From positions 72,745 to 136,744 of the IMG/VR virus record IMGVR_UViG_3300024983_000001: a DNA stretch of 64,000 nt; one strand, written 5' to 3'. Each line of letters starts with the position of its first letter. Position 1 is the stretch's first letter. A program made the position numbers and the translations under genes. The notes beneath the pieces are model-generated. The model was given only the letters and a program-made list of their open reading frames with translations, made no database searches and was not told the DNA's origin. This document shows positions 17,632 to 28,016 of this stretch, piece by piece. This stretch comes from a virus.

Positions 17632-19956
17632 ATGCCACCACTTATTGTATTGCAACCATATATCCAAGCACAACAAACGTACCTATCACAACACAGCTTG
17701 CGCTTTAACAGTAATGATCTTTCTTATATGTCAAGAGCATTTGCTCCAAGCGGAACAACTGCTACGTTTTCTTTTTGGATTAAACGCTCTGCACTTGGTA
17801 CCACACAATCACCATTTGGTTGGTCAAATGGCTCAACTGTGTCTTTTAATATCCTGTTTAACACAAGTGACCAATTAGACCTTGCTAGTTATTCATCTGC
17901 GTACAACGCAAGAAAATTAACCAATCGAGTTTTTCGTGACGTTTCCAGTTGGTATCACATCGTTTGTGTAGTTGATACAACTAATGCAACGGCAGCAGAC
18001 CGAATGAGGGTATATGTAAATGGTGTAAGAGAAACCTCCTTTTCTGCCTCCGTTGACCCATCACAAAATCTATCAACAGCTTTATCGTCAAACGTAACTT
18101 GGGGTATTGGTGGAACAACTGGTGTAAACATCAATTATATAAATGGATACTTGTCAGAGTTTAACTTCATCGACGGTCAAGCTTTGACGCCATCAAATTT
18201 TGGCGTAACCGATTTTGCAACTGGACAGTGGAAGCCCATAACATACACAGGTACTTACGGCACCAGTGGTTTCTATCTACCATTTAATGATGGTACGTCA
18301 ACAACCACACTTGGTTACGACAGAAGTGGTAATGCTAATAATTGGACATTGACAAACTTCAGTATTGTCCCTGGCGTCAATAACGACTGGTATCAAGACA
18401 CACCAACAAATAATTTTTGTACACTGAATCCTCTGCAACAGGGAACATACGCCCCAACTATCAGCAATGGTGGTCTAAACGCTTCGGGTACATACGGCCA
18501 AGCTAATGCGACAATGGCTGTTAGTACAGGCAAGTGGTATTTTGAATATGTAGCGACAAGTATTGGAGCTCAACTCGCGGGTGTTGGTATTGAGGCAGGA
18601 CCTGTAACTAGCCCAAATATTCAAAGCTCTGTTGCTTATAGCTACACGAATAACGGTAATAAGTTTGTTCGTGCTTCAAACACCACATATGGTGCAACTT
18701 GGACAACCAACGACATCATTGGAGTTGCTTTTGATTTGGATAACCATACAATTGAGTTCTTTAAGAATGGTGTATCACAAGGCGTTGCTGCTTCCGACAT
18801 TACCACCGGATTGTATTATTCACCAACAACTGGTGCTGGGGGCACCGCTGGCACTAATGTGTTCTATATAAACTTCGGTCAACGTGCATTTGTGTATACC
18901 CCACCAACAGGATTTAAACCGTTGTGTACAAGTAACCTTTCTACACCAACAATTGTACAAGGTAATATTCACTTTGATGTTAAGACGTACGTTGGTAACG
19001 GAACATCAAATTCAGTAACTGGGTTAAACTTTCAACCGGATCTTGTATGGGGTAAGTCAAGAAGCTTTGTTCAATCTAACGGTTTGTATGATTCAGTAAG
19101 AGGTGTACAAAAAGCCTTATATTCAGATTTGAATTACGCCGAAACGACAGATGTTAATGCTTTAACAAGTTTCAATACCGATGGCTTTTCACTGGGTAGT
19201 TCAGCTAGCCTTAACCAAAACAGCTCAACATATGTTACGTGGAATTGGAAAGCTGGCGGAGCGGCAGTAACTAATACAGATGGTGCTATAACATCTCAGG
19301 TTAGCGCAAACACAACTGCGGGGTTTTCTATTGTTACATTTACAGGTAATGGTGCCACCAGTACCTCAGTCGGCCATGGCCTGGGCGCCGCACCAAAACT
19401 ATATATGATCGCACCAAGAAGTACAACGGGTGGTTTTGCTATGGTACACACACTTGTGGATGGAACTGTGGATTATATGTTTTTAAACTCGCCAAATGCC
19501 AACGGAAACGCTACACAAACTGTTCCAACATCAACAACATTCAATGTTCGTGCGGATGCTGCTGAGAATGCAACAGGTAGACTTAACGTGGTTTACTGTT
19601 TCGCAGAAGTTGCTGGTTTTTCTAAGTTTGGTAAATACACCGGTAATGGTAATGCTAATGGACCATTTATTTACTGTGGATTTAAACCAAAATACTTACT
19701 GGTGAAAAGAGCGGACGCGTCTGCGCACTGGTACGTAACTGATGGCGGTCGCGATACCATCAACGAAGTTCAGACATTCTTATATCCAAGTTTGTCCAAC
19801 GCTGAATCTATTGGTACGGCTGGCTCATACAGGGAAGACTTCCTATCCAATGGATTTAAAGTAAGAGGTACTGGTGCTGATATTAACGCATCGGGGGGTA
19901 CATACATCTTCATGGCCTTTGCAGAAAGCCCGTTTGTGTATAGTAATGCAAGATAA
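17632..19956 (+). CDS. Fibre/adhesin with LamG (concanavalin-like) and SPRY domains
   Basis: TFSFWIKRS, WYHIVCVVD..RVYVNG; GKWYFE..DIIGVAFDLD..FFKNG; FQPDLVWGK, GFSKFGKYTGNG. Confidence 0.8.
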   Translation: MPPLIVLQPYIQAQQTYLSQHSLRFNSNDLSYMSRAFAPSGTTATFSFWIKRSALGTTQSPFGWSNGSTVSFNILFNTSDQLDLASYSSAYNARKLTNRVFRDVSSWYHIVCVVDTTNATAADRMRVYVNGVRETSFSASVDPSQNLSTALSSNVTWGIGGTTGVNINYINGYLSEFNFIDGQALTPSNFGVTDFATGQWKPITYTGTYGTSGFYLPFNDGTSTTTLGYDRSGNANNWTLTNFSIVPGVNNDWYQDTPTNNFCTLNPLQQGTYAPTISNGGLNASGTYGQANATMAVSTGKWYFEYVATSIGAQLAGVGIEAGPVTSPNIQSSVAYSYTNNGNKFVRASNTTYGATWTTNDIIGVAFDLDNHTIEFFKNGVSQGVAASDITTGLYYSPTTGAGGTAGTNVFYINFGQRAFVYTPPTGFKPLCTSNLSTPTIVQGNIHFDVKTYVGNGTSNSVTGLNFQPDLVWGKSRSFVQSNGLYDSVRGVQKALYSDLNYAETTDVNALTSFNTDGFSLGSSASLNQNSSTYVTWNWKAGGAAVTNTDGAITSQVSANTTAGFSIVTFTGNGATSTSVGHGLGAAPKLYMIAPRSTTGGFAMVHTLVDGTVDYMFLNSPNANGNATQTVPTSTTFNVRADAAENATGRLNVVYCFAEVAGFSKFGKYTGNGNANGPFIYCGFKPKYLLVKRADASAHWYVTDGGRDTINEVQTFLYPSLSNAESIGTAGSYREDFLSNGFKVRGTGADINASGGTYIFMAFAESPFVYSNAR

Positions 19957-20027
19957 ATCGTTTTAAAGAAACGCGCCGCCCCTTTGTGATATATACGATA
20001 TAACATATATTACAAAGGAGTGAGTAC

Positions 20028-20666
20028 ATGAACGAAATAACAGAATTAACAATCGAAGACTCAGACAATATTCTTAAAGAATTGGAGGATGCTTTCTTTG
20101 ATATTCCATTCGATAATTCAGCGTTTCAGACAGAAAATTTTATTATTGCTGCTCAAATTACTCCTGAACGGGCATACCGTGCTATTGGTCTTCGTATGAG
20201 TGAAAAACTACGTGCATTAAATGAAGCCAAATACAGCCGCATGAAGGAAGATATTGATATCGAGGAGTTGCGTGAAAAACTAACTCTACCTGATGTGAGT
20301 AAATGGGACAAACGAAGAGCTGAAGTTGATATTCAATACAAACTGGAAAACAGGCAGTTTTCAAATAAATTAATAAACGATGCACTCGCTGAGCTATCAA
20401 TATTATACAAACATTTTAAGGCATTGCCAAAATTCACAAGAGAACAGTTTGAACAGGGTGAAAAACTTCATTTTGAACAAAAATTACAACGACAATTAAT
20501 CGGTGTTAGTGGTGCAAGAGAATCTCTCGCAAACATGACAGATGATATTAGGGCGATTGTATCATACGAACATAATGTTGCTGCACTCTCATCAGCTCCC
20601 ACAACCGATGAATTACGTGACTGTCTCACGGATATCAATCTCATCGTTGCCCAAGAGCAAAAATAA
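20028..20666 (+). CDS. Hypothetical coiled-coil protein
   Basis: AAGGAG SD. Confidence 0.75.
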   Translation: MNEITELTIEDSDNILKELEDAFFDIPFDNSAFQTENFIIAAQITPERAYRAIGLRMSEKLRALNEAKYSRMKEDIDIEELREKLTLPDVSKWDKRRAEVDIQYKLENRQFSNKLINDALAELSILYKHFKALPKFTREQFEQGEKLHFEQKLQRQLIGVSGARESLANMTDDIRAIVSYEHNVAALSSAPTTDELRDCLTDINLIVAQEQK

Positions 20667-20678
20667 TGTTGTGATGTA

Positions 20679-21596
20679 ATGGAGCAAAAACCAAAAAGAA
20701 CAGGTGGTCGACCACGTGGTGAGTTTGTTTCGTTTGAAGAAGCTCGTGAATGGGTCAGTCGCCTCAAATTAAAAAATTATAAGGAATGGTTAAAATATGC
20801 AAAGCGTAGGGTTCCTCGTGGCAAACGAAAAGGACTAAAATATAAACCCAAGATTATTCCTGCAAATCCCCAATGCTATTACAAGGATGAATGGATAAGT
20901 GATGCCCACTTCTTGGGTCACGTACCGTATATGTCTTACGAAGATGCTAAAAGATTTGCCACAAATATGCAATTCAGAAATGTTGTTGAGTGGCATGATT
21001 GGCATGTATCCGCCAAACCCGAAAACATACCACGAGACCCTGCCGTATTTTATAAAGAGTGGGAGTCGTGGGGTGTATTTTTAGGAACAGGAAATGTTAG
21101 CAGTAGTGTGCAACATAAAAATTATAGACCTTATCTTGAAGCGTTGAAATATGTGCACACACTGAATCTATCAAGTGAAATGGAATATAGGGAGTGGCAC
21201 AAAACGCACAATATCACAGACTTGCCTGTGCTACCCCAAGCAACTTACAAAGATTGGGAAGGTTGGCCAAAGTTTCTTGGAAAGGATATTACATCAAAGG
21301 TTGAAGGACATACTGTGGATGTGAGTGTGCTTGTTATTACTCAACACCAAGGATTTCCAAGCAATGTATATGAAATACGTATTGATAGGGGTGGGAAGAG
21401 TTCGGTATTAAGTAAACAGAAAGAAAACCAGTTTAGAATCATTAAAATTTACAAGAATGAAGCGGATAAACAAGTCCAAATACAAAGACTCATATCATCG
21501 TGTGGGTCGCCTTGGTGGGAAGGTAATAATATGTTTTTAATTCAAAACATTCACCAATTGTTGTTTGATTTGGATAATCTGTTGCTTTGGGCTTAA
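20679..21596 (+). CDS. Protein with phage 'integrase repeat'-type units
   Basis: Three (Y/F)xEA..W..P..P..YKxW..W..FLG repeats. Confidence 0.65.
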   Translation: MEQKPKRTGGRPRGEFVSFEEAREWVSRLKLKNYKEWLKYAKRRVPRGKRKGLKYKPKIIPANPQCYYKDEWISDAHFLGHVPYMSYEDAKRFATNMQFRNVVEWHDWHVSAKPENIPRDPAVFYKEWESWGVFLGTGNVSSSVQHKNYRPYLEALKYVHTLNLSSEMEYREWHKTHNITDLPVLPQATYKDWEGWPKFLGKDITSKVEGHTVDVSVLVITQHQGFPSNVYEIRIDRGGKSSVLSKQKENQFRIIKIYKNEADKQVQIQRLISSCGSPWWEGNNMFLIQNIHQLLFDLDNLLLWA

Positions 21597-22387
21597 ATAG
21601 CTTTGTTTTCAGCAATCTGTCGAGCCTTGATGGCATCAGTGATGCGTGTTTTGCTGTTTTTTGAATCCAATAAAATGATGGTTAATGTGTGTGTTGCAGT
21701 TTTAACTTTCATAACAAGGCACTTACCAGCTTCCTTTATATACCCAGTCTTCGACACAACAATATCCCACTTACCGTCCTTAACTAACTTGTTTGTATTG
21801 TTGAACATTGAAGGTTTGTCACCAACCACCACTTCATAATGTTTGGTTGTAGTAAAATCCCGTATTACGTCGTATTTAGATGCAGCATTTACCATTTTTG
21901 CCAAATCAACAGCTGTTGATTTATTGTGGTGAGTTAATCCTGTCGGGTCACTAAAAGTGGTGTTTTTCATTCCTAGTAATTTGCTTTTACTATTCATTCT
22001 ATCAACAAATTCAACAACACCCCCAGGATAGGTACGAGCTAACGCGTGAGCGGCACGATTGTCTGAGGACATCAAAGCAAGACGCAGAATTTCATTTCTG
22101 GGAAGAGTTGTGCCCACAACTAGTCGTGAGGATGAATGTCGAAGCATATCCACATCGTCTTCAGTAATTGAAATTTCTTCATCCATTGGTAAATCTGCAT
22201 CAAGAACAACCATTGCTGTCATCAGCTTTGTAATCGATGCGATTGGACGAACAACATTAGCATTTTTTGCGATTAGTTGTTTGTTGTTCTCAGTTGTTAC
22301 CAACACGGTTGCCGTTTGCATAGCATAGCTTGTGGTGGATACTGCTCCACACCACAAACAAAGGCATAACAGAAAGATTTTATTCAC
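21593..22387 (-). CDS. pbpG: D-alanyl-D-alanine endopeptidase (PBP7, peptidase S11)
   Basis: Signal peptide; IASITKLMTA (SxxK), SSDNRAA (SxN), SKTGYIKEAG (KTG). Confidence 0.88.
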   Translation of the reverse strand: MNKIFLLCLCLWCGAVSTTSYAMQTATVLVTTENNKQLIAKNANVVRPIASITKLMTAMVVLDADLPMDEEISITEDDVDMLRHSSSRLVVGTTLPRNEILRLALMSSDNRAAHALARTYPGGVVEFVDRMNSKSKLLGMKNTTFSDPTGLTHHNKSTAVDLAKMVNAASKYDVIRDFTTTKHYEVVVGDKPSMFNNTNKLVKDGKWDIVVSKTGYIKEAGKCLVMKVKTATHTLTIILLDSKNSKTRITDAIKARQIAENKAI

Positions 22388-22586
22388 CGGCTATAACTCG
22401 TGTCTTTTTAACACGCACGAAATGGACAAAACCAATGCTGATAATGATGAAAAATAAAGTTTCGCACACGAACCCAGCGTACATCAACATTAAATTTGGG
22501 TGGGCAATATAACTAGCCAGCAATATATTGTCAAGTGTTAAACAAGCAATCGCAATTGCTAGAATCGTCTCCAGCTTCGTTAACAT
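22380..22586 (-). CDS. Small membrane protein
   Basis: Two hydrophobic segments, AGGAG SD. Confidence 0.6.
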   Translation of the reverse strand: MLTKLETILAIAIACLTLDNILLASYIAHPNLMLMYAGFVCETLFFIIISIGFVHFVRVKKTRVIAGE

Positions 22587-22647
22587 GTATGTCTCCTATA
22601 AGTGAATACTATATGAATTATAGTACAAAACTCTTAATGGGTCAACG

Positions 22648-23466
22648 TTACAATTTTAGTGTTAAACATTTGGCTGCACCACCAGATTTCATAAACTCTG
22701 ATAAATCAACCTCAATCACCTTGAATCCAATATTATTCAATCGATTTTTTAGATTATCAGACGCTTTATTGAGTATAATTGTGTTGCCAATGTTGACAGC
22801 ATTGCATGCAAACATAGTAGCATCCTCTTCTGTTACGGGGATGGAGTGACCATTGTAATAACTCACAATCTTGTTCTGACTCTGTTCACTAAATGCTTTC
22901 GGAAAATACAAAACAAAACCATTATTAATTGGACAGAAACATGTATCCAAATGGTAAAAACGAGCGTCTGTTAACTCCAATAAGTTGGTTGACATTTGAT
23001 GTTGGTGTAGTGTACTTGTAACGAAGGTCCCAGCACCTTGTGTGCTTCTAAATCCGTGACCCACCCACGCCATATCATCTTCACCTGTTAAACAATCACC
23101 CGCACCCTCAAAAGTAAGAGGAGAAGGTGGAATAATGGTAGTGAACCCATTGTTCGCAAACCATTTTTCAAAGTGTGCTTCTTCACCCTTACGCTGAACG
23201 TTTCTAAAGGTGGATGTGATAGCATATTTTACATTTTTATCATCAAACACATATGCAGCATTTGCTGTAAATACCATATCAGGTAGTTCGTCTACAGGTT
23301 CAACAAGTTTGATATTAGCACGCTTCGCTATTTCTTCTGCTAAACAATTCCACTGTCTTGTTGCCAATGACTTGTCAACAGACCCTATATTACCCGACAT
23401 CCACGGGTTGATTTCGTATGATACTGCGAAATATTTGGGTTCACACATTAGTATAGTATCTGTCAT
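22648..23466 (-). CDS. Amidinotransferase-family (dimethylargininase-like) hydrolase
   Basis: INPWM, PDMVFTAN, FEGAGD, FYHLDTCF, GGAAKCLTL. Confidence 0.88.
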   Translation of the reverse strand: MTDTILMCEPKYFAVSYEINPWMSGNIGSVDKSLATRQWNCLAEEIAKRANIKLVEPVDELPDMVFTANAAYVFDDKNVKYAITSTFRNVQRKGEEAHFEKWFANNGFTTIIPPSPLTFEGAGDCLTGEDDMAWVGHGFRSTQGAGTFVTSTLHQHQMSTNLLELTDARFYHLDTCFCPINNGFVLYFPKAFSEQSQNKIVSYYNGHSIPVTEEDATMFACNAVNIGNTIILNKASDNLKNRLNNIGFKVIEVDLSEFMKSGGAAKCLTLKL

Positions 23467-23521
23467 AATAGCTTTCCTTTATAATGTTATTATATATCAT
23501 AAAATAATAACGAGTGTTTCA

Positions 23522-23553
23522 AAATAAAACCGCAACGAATTGCGGTTTTATTT
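23522..23553. terminator. Intrinsic terminator
   Basis: AAATAAAACCGCAA-CGAA-TTGCGGTTTTATTT. Confidence 0.8.
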
Positions 23554-23574
23554 TGTGTAATGTAATAAACAAAA

Positions 23575-24087
23575 TTACTGTCTGACGCTATGACTTTGGT
23601 GAAGTGTCCAATTATTAAAGTACATATTGTAACCTTCTGTGGAGGGACAAATCAGAGCATTCTCACCATTCCTATGTTCTGCGCTGTAAGTAAAATTGAA
23701 AGAACCCGTTTCGAATATATCACCATCAACTAAAACAACTTTGTTGTGTGCAATCGCATGTTTCGAATCCACCCAAACCGGAATACCTGCGGCCATTACA
23801 GTCTGCATTTGTCCTCCACGTGCTGTGGGTTGGGAACGGTCTAATACAATATTAACATCAACACCACGTTGTTTCGCTGCAATTAGAGCATTTGCAATAG
23901 GTTTAGATGTAAAGGAATATGCTAAAACATGGATTTTTGTGTGTGCACCATCGATTAATTTAACAATAGCCTTTTCTGCGCCGCCATCAGGAGAAAAATG
24001 TACTTCACACGGTCCATTAACTTGAAAATTTGCTGCATTTACAACTGAAGAAACTAAGAATGTTACTAAAAACAATACTTTATTCAT
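23575..24087 (-). CDS. Secreted PLD-family nuclease (Nuc-like)
   Basis: Signal peptide; FSPDGG, AYSFTS, HNKVVLVD..TGSFNFT..N.EN. Confidence 0.88.
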   Translation of the reverse strand: MNKVLFLVTFLVSSVVNAANFQVNGPCEVHFSPDGGAEKAIVKLIDGAHTKIHVLAYSFTSKPIANALIAAKQRGVDVNIVLDRSQPTARGGQMQTVMAAGIPVWVDSKHAIAHNKVVLVDGDIFETGSFNFTYSAEHRNGENALICPSTEGYNMYFNNWTLHQSHSVRQ

Positions 24088-24293
24088 TGCTTATTACCTT
24101 TTGTTAAAATATCAACAGCCAACTTGTCTAAATCGGACCGCGAATTAATTTGTTCAATTTTAAAATTATACTGCTGTGTGTCTTCTTGAGACAACGATAG
24201 GACGAATTCTTTTAGAATTCTCTTTTTGGCACGAATAGACGTTTGTTGAAACACCAAATTTAACGATTTGTTGTTATGCAAGTGAACATTCAT
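24084..24293 (-). CDS. Hypothetical protein
   Basis: AAGGA SD; ATGA overlap. Confidence 0.6.
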   Translation of the reverse strand: MNVHLHNNKSLNLVFQQTSIRAKKRILKEFVLSLSQEDTQQYNFKIEQINSRSDLDKLAVDILTKGNKQ

Positions 24294-24362
24294 TTTTGTA
24301 TCCTTTTATGTTATATAACAGTTCTATTTATGTTAACATAAATAGTTTCAAAGGAAAAAATT

Positions 24363-24578
24363 ATGAAAGTGTGCGAACTTCACCTTATTGAGAGCGATAA
24401 TAATTTTGATGCCCAGAATTCGCTGGACCATCAAGCAGCTCCTATAAAAATTTCATCCATGTATGATAAACACGATTTTGGTAAAAATGTCAAGACATCT
24501 ACTGTTAAAGTTCTTGTAAAAAATACAAAGACGGGAAAAGTTTACGGAGCTAGAACTATTGTTCAACGAGATATTTAA
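24363..24578 (+). CDS. Small late protein
   Basis: ATAAATA upstream; MKVCELHLIE. Confidence 0.65.
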   Translation: MKVCELHLIESDNNFDAQNSLDHQAAPIKISSMYDKHDFGKNVKTSTVKVLVKNTKTGKVYGARTIVQRDI

Positions 24579-24844
24579 TTCTGTAGTTTGCGTAGGATTA
24601 AACTAATGTCGTGCCACCAATCTGCTTCAATCTGAAACTCTATTGAGACACCATTTTCATAAGCAGTACCACCCGGATCGCCCCAGTTCTCGTCAAGTTC
24701 GTTGCAAAAATTTTGATAACTTTCTTCAATCACCATACAAAAGTTGATTAGCCCATTGATTAATTCGCGATCAGGTTCTTTTCGATTTGCTTCATCAATA
24801 GCGGCTTGTGCCAATTTCTGTATTTGTTTTAACTCGTTAATCAT
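24575..24844 (-). CDS. Hypothetical protein
   Basis: ORF track. Confidence 0.6.
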   Translation of the reverse strand: MINELKQIQKLAQAAIDEANRKEPDRELINGLINFCMVIEESYQNFCNELDENWGDPGGTAYENGVSIEFQIEADWWHDISLILRKLQN

Positions 24845-24985
24845 TTTATTATATCCTATAATACGTTTGCATCCTAATACAACGTAACGCGTTCAAATAT
24901 TTGAGATATTTTGCGTCATTTCTGTGCACAATTCTATAACGCTTCCACAAAATAACCCCGCCAATGGCTGTTAGTTGTTTTTCGG

Positions 24986-25177
24986 TCACTGCACCACCAA
25001 CCATTCCTTTATTTGGTTAACAACATGAACCAATTCATCTTTAGCTTCTGCTTCATTCCTACCAAGACCTTCGATATAAATGTTAGCATATCCCATATTT
25101 GTAGACACCCCAAACGTAGCGGTTGCTCGCACACTTTGATATTTGTCCTTTTTATCATCTTCGTATGTAATGTTCAT
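24986..25177 (-). CDS. Hypothetical protein
   Basis: Coupled to upstream ORF. Confidence 0.6.
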   Translation of the reverse strand: MNITYEDDKKDKYQSVRATATFGVSTNMGYANIYIEGLGRNEAEAKDELVHVVNQIKEWLVVQ

Positions 25178-25359
25178 TATTCAATCCGATATGGGTCAGA
25201 TGCAACCATATACCAATCAGGAGCGGCAGCTTCTGTGTTACTAGCATTGAACTCCTCTTGGAATTTATAAGCTTCATCCGCACTATTAAAAATCTTAGTT
25301 TCGTCGCGCCGACTTCCCCAACCACGCTCATATTCCATGATATCTACAGCAAATCTCAT
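25177..25359 (-). CDS. Hypothetical protein
   Basis: AAGGAG SD; EYERGWG..PDWY. Confidence 0.7.
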   Translation of the reverse strand: MRFAVDIMEYERGWGSRRDETKIFNSADEAYKFQEEFNASNTEAAAPDWYMVASDPYRIE

Positions 25360-25380
25360 TTTGTGCTCCTTTTTGGGTAA

Positions 25381-25602
25381 TTACAAATTGTGTTCGTTTG
25401 TGTCAATTTCAACATTATACTCACGCAACAACTTCAATTTACATCCAACAACAACTTCAATTTCTTCTATACTGAAAAAGATATTATTTTCATCCATCGG
25501 AAGCTTTGCAATATGTAACCAACCAGTATCCTCCTCCCAAATATATAAACCACGTTTAGGATCATCAATCCGACAGTAAACATATGCTTTAACAAAATTC
25601 AC
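25381..25602 (-). CDS. Hypothetical protein
   Basis: GTGA overlap start. Confidence 0.5.
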   Translation of the reverse strand: MNFVKAYVYCRIDDPKRGLYIWEEDTGWLHIAKLPMDENNIFFSIEEIEVVVGCKLKLLREYNVEIDTNEHNL

Positions 25603-25823
25603 GATAACAACCACCGCAAAATATACAAAACACCCCATGTTACCAACAAATAACCCGAAATGTTATACAATCGCGTCATCAAAGGCGAAAAAATGCGGGG
25701 ATCGTTTTCAAAACGAGCATGAATTATAGCTACCATACCTACGAGGCAAGGTACCGCTAAAACCGTTACCACTAGGTGTGTTACCGATTCCAGTAGATTT
25801 ATAATTAAAGTTACGAAGTGCAT
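25599..25823 (-). CDS. Small membrane protein
   Basis: Two hydrophobic segments. Confidence 0.55.
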   Translation of the reverse strand: MHFVTLIINLLESVTHLVVTVLAVPCLVGMVAIIHARFENDPRIFSPLMTRLYNISGYLLVTWGVLYILRWLLS

Positions 25824-25832
25824 TTTTAACTT

Positions 25833-26633
25833 TCAGAGTGGATATGCGGCGTAATTATACAACGTCACAATAATTTTTTCAACATCATGATCATAAAATC
25901 CACTCGAGTTAATTGTATTAAATTCAATTACCTTCACTTCACCATTAACAAGAGCTAAATCCATCACACAACATGGAGACGGAAGCCATTTGTTAGCAAA
26001 TTCTTGAGCTTGTTTGATAACACTTGGGTTGGTCTCGTGTTCCTTTTTCAACTGGCCCATCATCCGATACATGCTACCATCAACGATTTTACCTCCCACA
26101 ATAAACCAGCGCCATTCAGCTGAAATATTTTGTGGTTCCGCAACTACTATTTGAGTATCGGGTGCAAGTTGATATGTACCCGATGATGCGCATTCCATAG
26201 CATCTGTAAGCCAATCAGCAGCCTCACCAGCCTCAATAACTTGACCAGAAAACGTTTTCAGATCTTCAGTGGGGCGTATAAACCACAAAGATTTCGGACT
26301 AACATTCCTGAAATTGTCAACAGCATCCTTTACTGAAAGTATCATACCTCTACCATTAAGCATATCATCACGATTGTCGTTCCACACATCAGCTCTGAAT
26401 GTGTTGGGGTCAAAGTATTGACCTAACCAACCACGTTCATACGTTTCCATCGTGAACGTGGTTGAACCATACGGCAAATAATCAACACCCGTTAGGGGGT
26501 GATCGGAAACAATTTCTCATGTAAATGGAATAATGCTCACATATTCATGTGGAATTCCATTTTTCAACACCGCTTGATTTATAGCTTCCAACGAGTTTTC
26601 ATTTAAAAGATTCTGTTGAACAATAAGTTTCAT
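25833..26633 (-). pseudogene. ATP-grasp domain protein with in-frame TGA at 26517-26519
   Basis: ATG 26633 reads MKLIVQQN..IIPFT*EIVSD..LPYGST in frame with ORF 25833..26477; FIRP..K.F.G, EWRWFIV, VMDLA, KVIEFNTINSSGFY. Confidence 0.8.
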
Positions 26634-26634
26634 A

Positions 26635-28002
26635 TCAAGTTCCTATCTTTGTTAGGTACTCCAAAAATGTCCGGACCGCAAATCCAGTACCACCAGGACC
26701 ATTAACTCCAAATCCTTTCTCAACAAACGCAGGACCAGCAATATCCAAATGTAGATACTTTTGTTTATTTTTCTTTTTGAGAGCATTAGTCAAGAACAAA
26801 CCTGCTTTTTGACATCCCATATTAGAAGTTCCTGTGTTCGATAGGTCAGCGATAGAATCATCAACACCATCCATCATGTATTTGTGAAAGGCGGCATCCA
26901 TGAATACTTCACCCGCCTTATCACCAAACTTTTTAATTACCTTTTTCATATTATCATTGAAACCCACCATACCACACGCTTCGTCACCAAATTGATATAC
27001 GGCTGCGCCAGTTAATGTAGCTAAAGTGTAATATTCATCGGCGTGCGCATCAAGTTCTTGAGCAAGACAGATGTTATCAAACAAAACGATACGACCTTCA
27101 GCATCGGTGTTCTTTACATGAACGGTCTTTCCATTTTTCATGGTGATGATGTCATCGGGTTTATAAGCAGAACCATCAATCATGTTTTCTGCAATACACA
27201 TATAAGCCGTGACTTTTACATCAAGTCCCAGTTCTTCAACAGCTTTAACAATTCCCCAAACGGTCATAGCACCAGCTTTGTCAGCTTTCATTGTGGTCAT
27301 GCTTGTACCGGGTTTAATTGAAAGTCCACCGCTGTCATAAGTCAGCCCCTTCCCAATCAAAACAATGTGTTTATTAGCCGTTGGCGGGTTGTATGTTAAA
27401 CGAATTGTTTTTGCTTCATGACGAGATGCCCGGTTAACAGCAAGGTGACCATTCATTTCCATATTTGCGAGTTCGTTCTGACCGAAAACTTCCACTTCAA
27501 CATCTGTGAATTCAAAACTTTCACGGACAGCTTCTTCAATGGTTTCAGAATGTGCATCTTCAGGTGAAGTATTAACCCAATCACGCACCATTTTTTGTGC
27601 TTCGGTATAAACTTTTGCTGTAACAAGACATTCTGCCACTTCAGCTGACCCACTAATAACAATCTTTTTGAGGGTAATAGGTTTAACTTCAGACTTATAT
27701 TTGTCAAATACATAATCACCCAGCAACATCCCCTCAAGGAATTGTCTACATTTATCAGGTAAAGTCATGACAACACTACCAGCTTTCTGTTCACGTAAAT
27801 AACGAATTAACACAAATCCAAGCGTTCTCCACCCATCCGTGTCTTTGACACCTTTTGTCCCAACATAAACAGTTTTGTTATTCATATAAATTTGACTATC
27901 CTTCCCCTCAAATTTTGAATAAGGCGCATCTTTAAGGGGACTACCTGTAAACACAACAGTAAGTTTGGTTTTGCTTGGGTAATTTTCGTATAAAATTCTC
28001 AT
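26635..28002 (-). CDS. pepA: Leucyl aminopeptidase (M17)
   Basis: GKGLTYDSGGLSIK, MKADKAG, NTDAEGR, ATLTGA, HLDIAG. Confidence 0.93.
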   Translation of the reverse strand: MRILYENYPSKTKLTVVFTGSPLKDAPYSKFEGKDSQIYMNNKTVYVGTKGVKDTDGWRTLGFVLIRYLREQKAGSVVMTLPDKCRQFLEGMLLGDYVFDKYKSEVKPITLKKIVISGSAEVAECLVTAKVYTEAQKMVRDWVNTSPEDAHSETIEEAVRESFEFTDVEVEVFGQNELANMEMNGHLAVNRASRHEAKTIRLTYNPPTANKHIVLIGKGLTYDSGGLSIKPGTSMTTMKADKAGAMTVWGIVKAVEELGLDVKVTAYMCIAENMIDGSAYKPDDIITMKNGKTVHVKNTDAEGRIVLFDNICLAQELDAHADEYYTLATLTGAAVYQFGDEACGMVGFNDNMKKVIKKFGDKAGEVFMDAAFHKYMMDGVDDSIADLSNTGTSNMGCQKAGLFLTNALKKKNKQKYLHLDIAGPAFVEKGFGVNGPGGTGFAVRTFLEYLTKIGT

Positions 28003-28016
28003 GGTTATCCTTTATT

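Noticed and set aside
20679-21596. Integrase or prophage integration module
   Set aside because: Only the repeat units are present; no tyrosine recombinase catalytic motifs.
25833-26633. Genome-wide UGA recoding or selenocysteine
   Set aside because: Many genes end normally in TGA (including ATGA overlaps), no UCA-anticodon tRNA is present and I see no clear SECIS hairpin.
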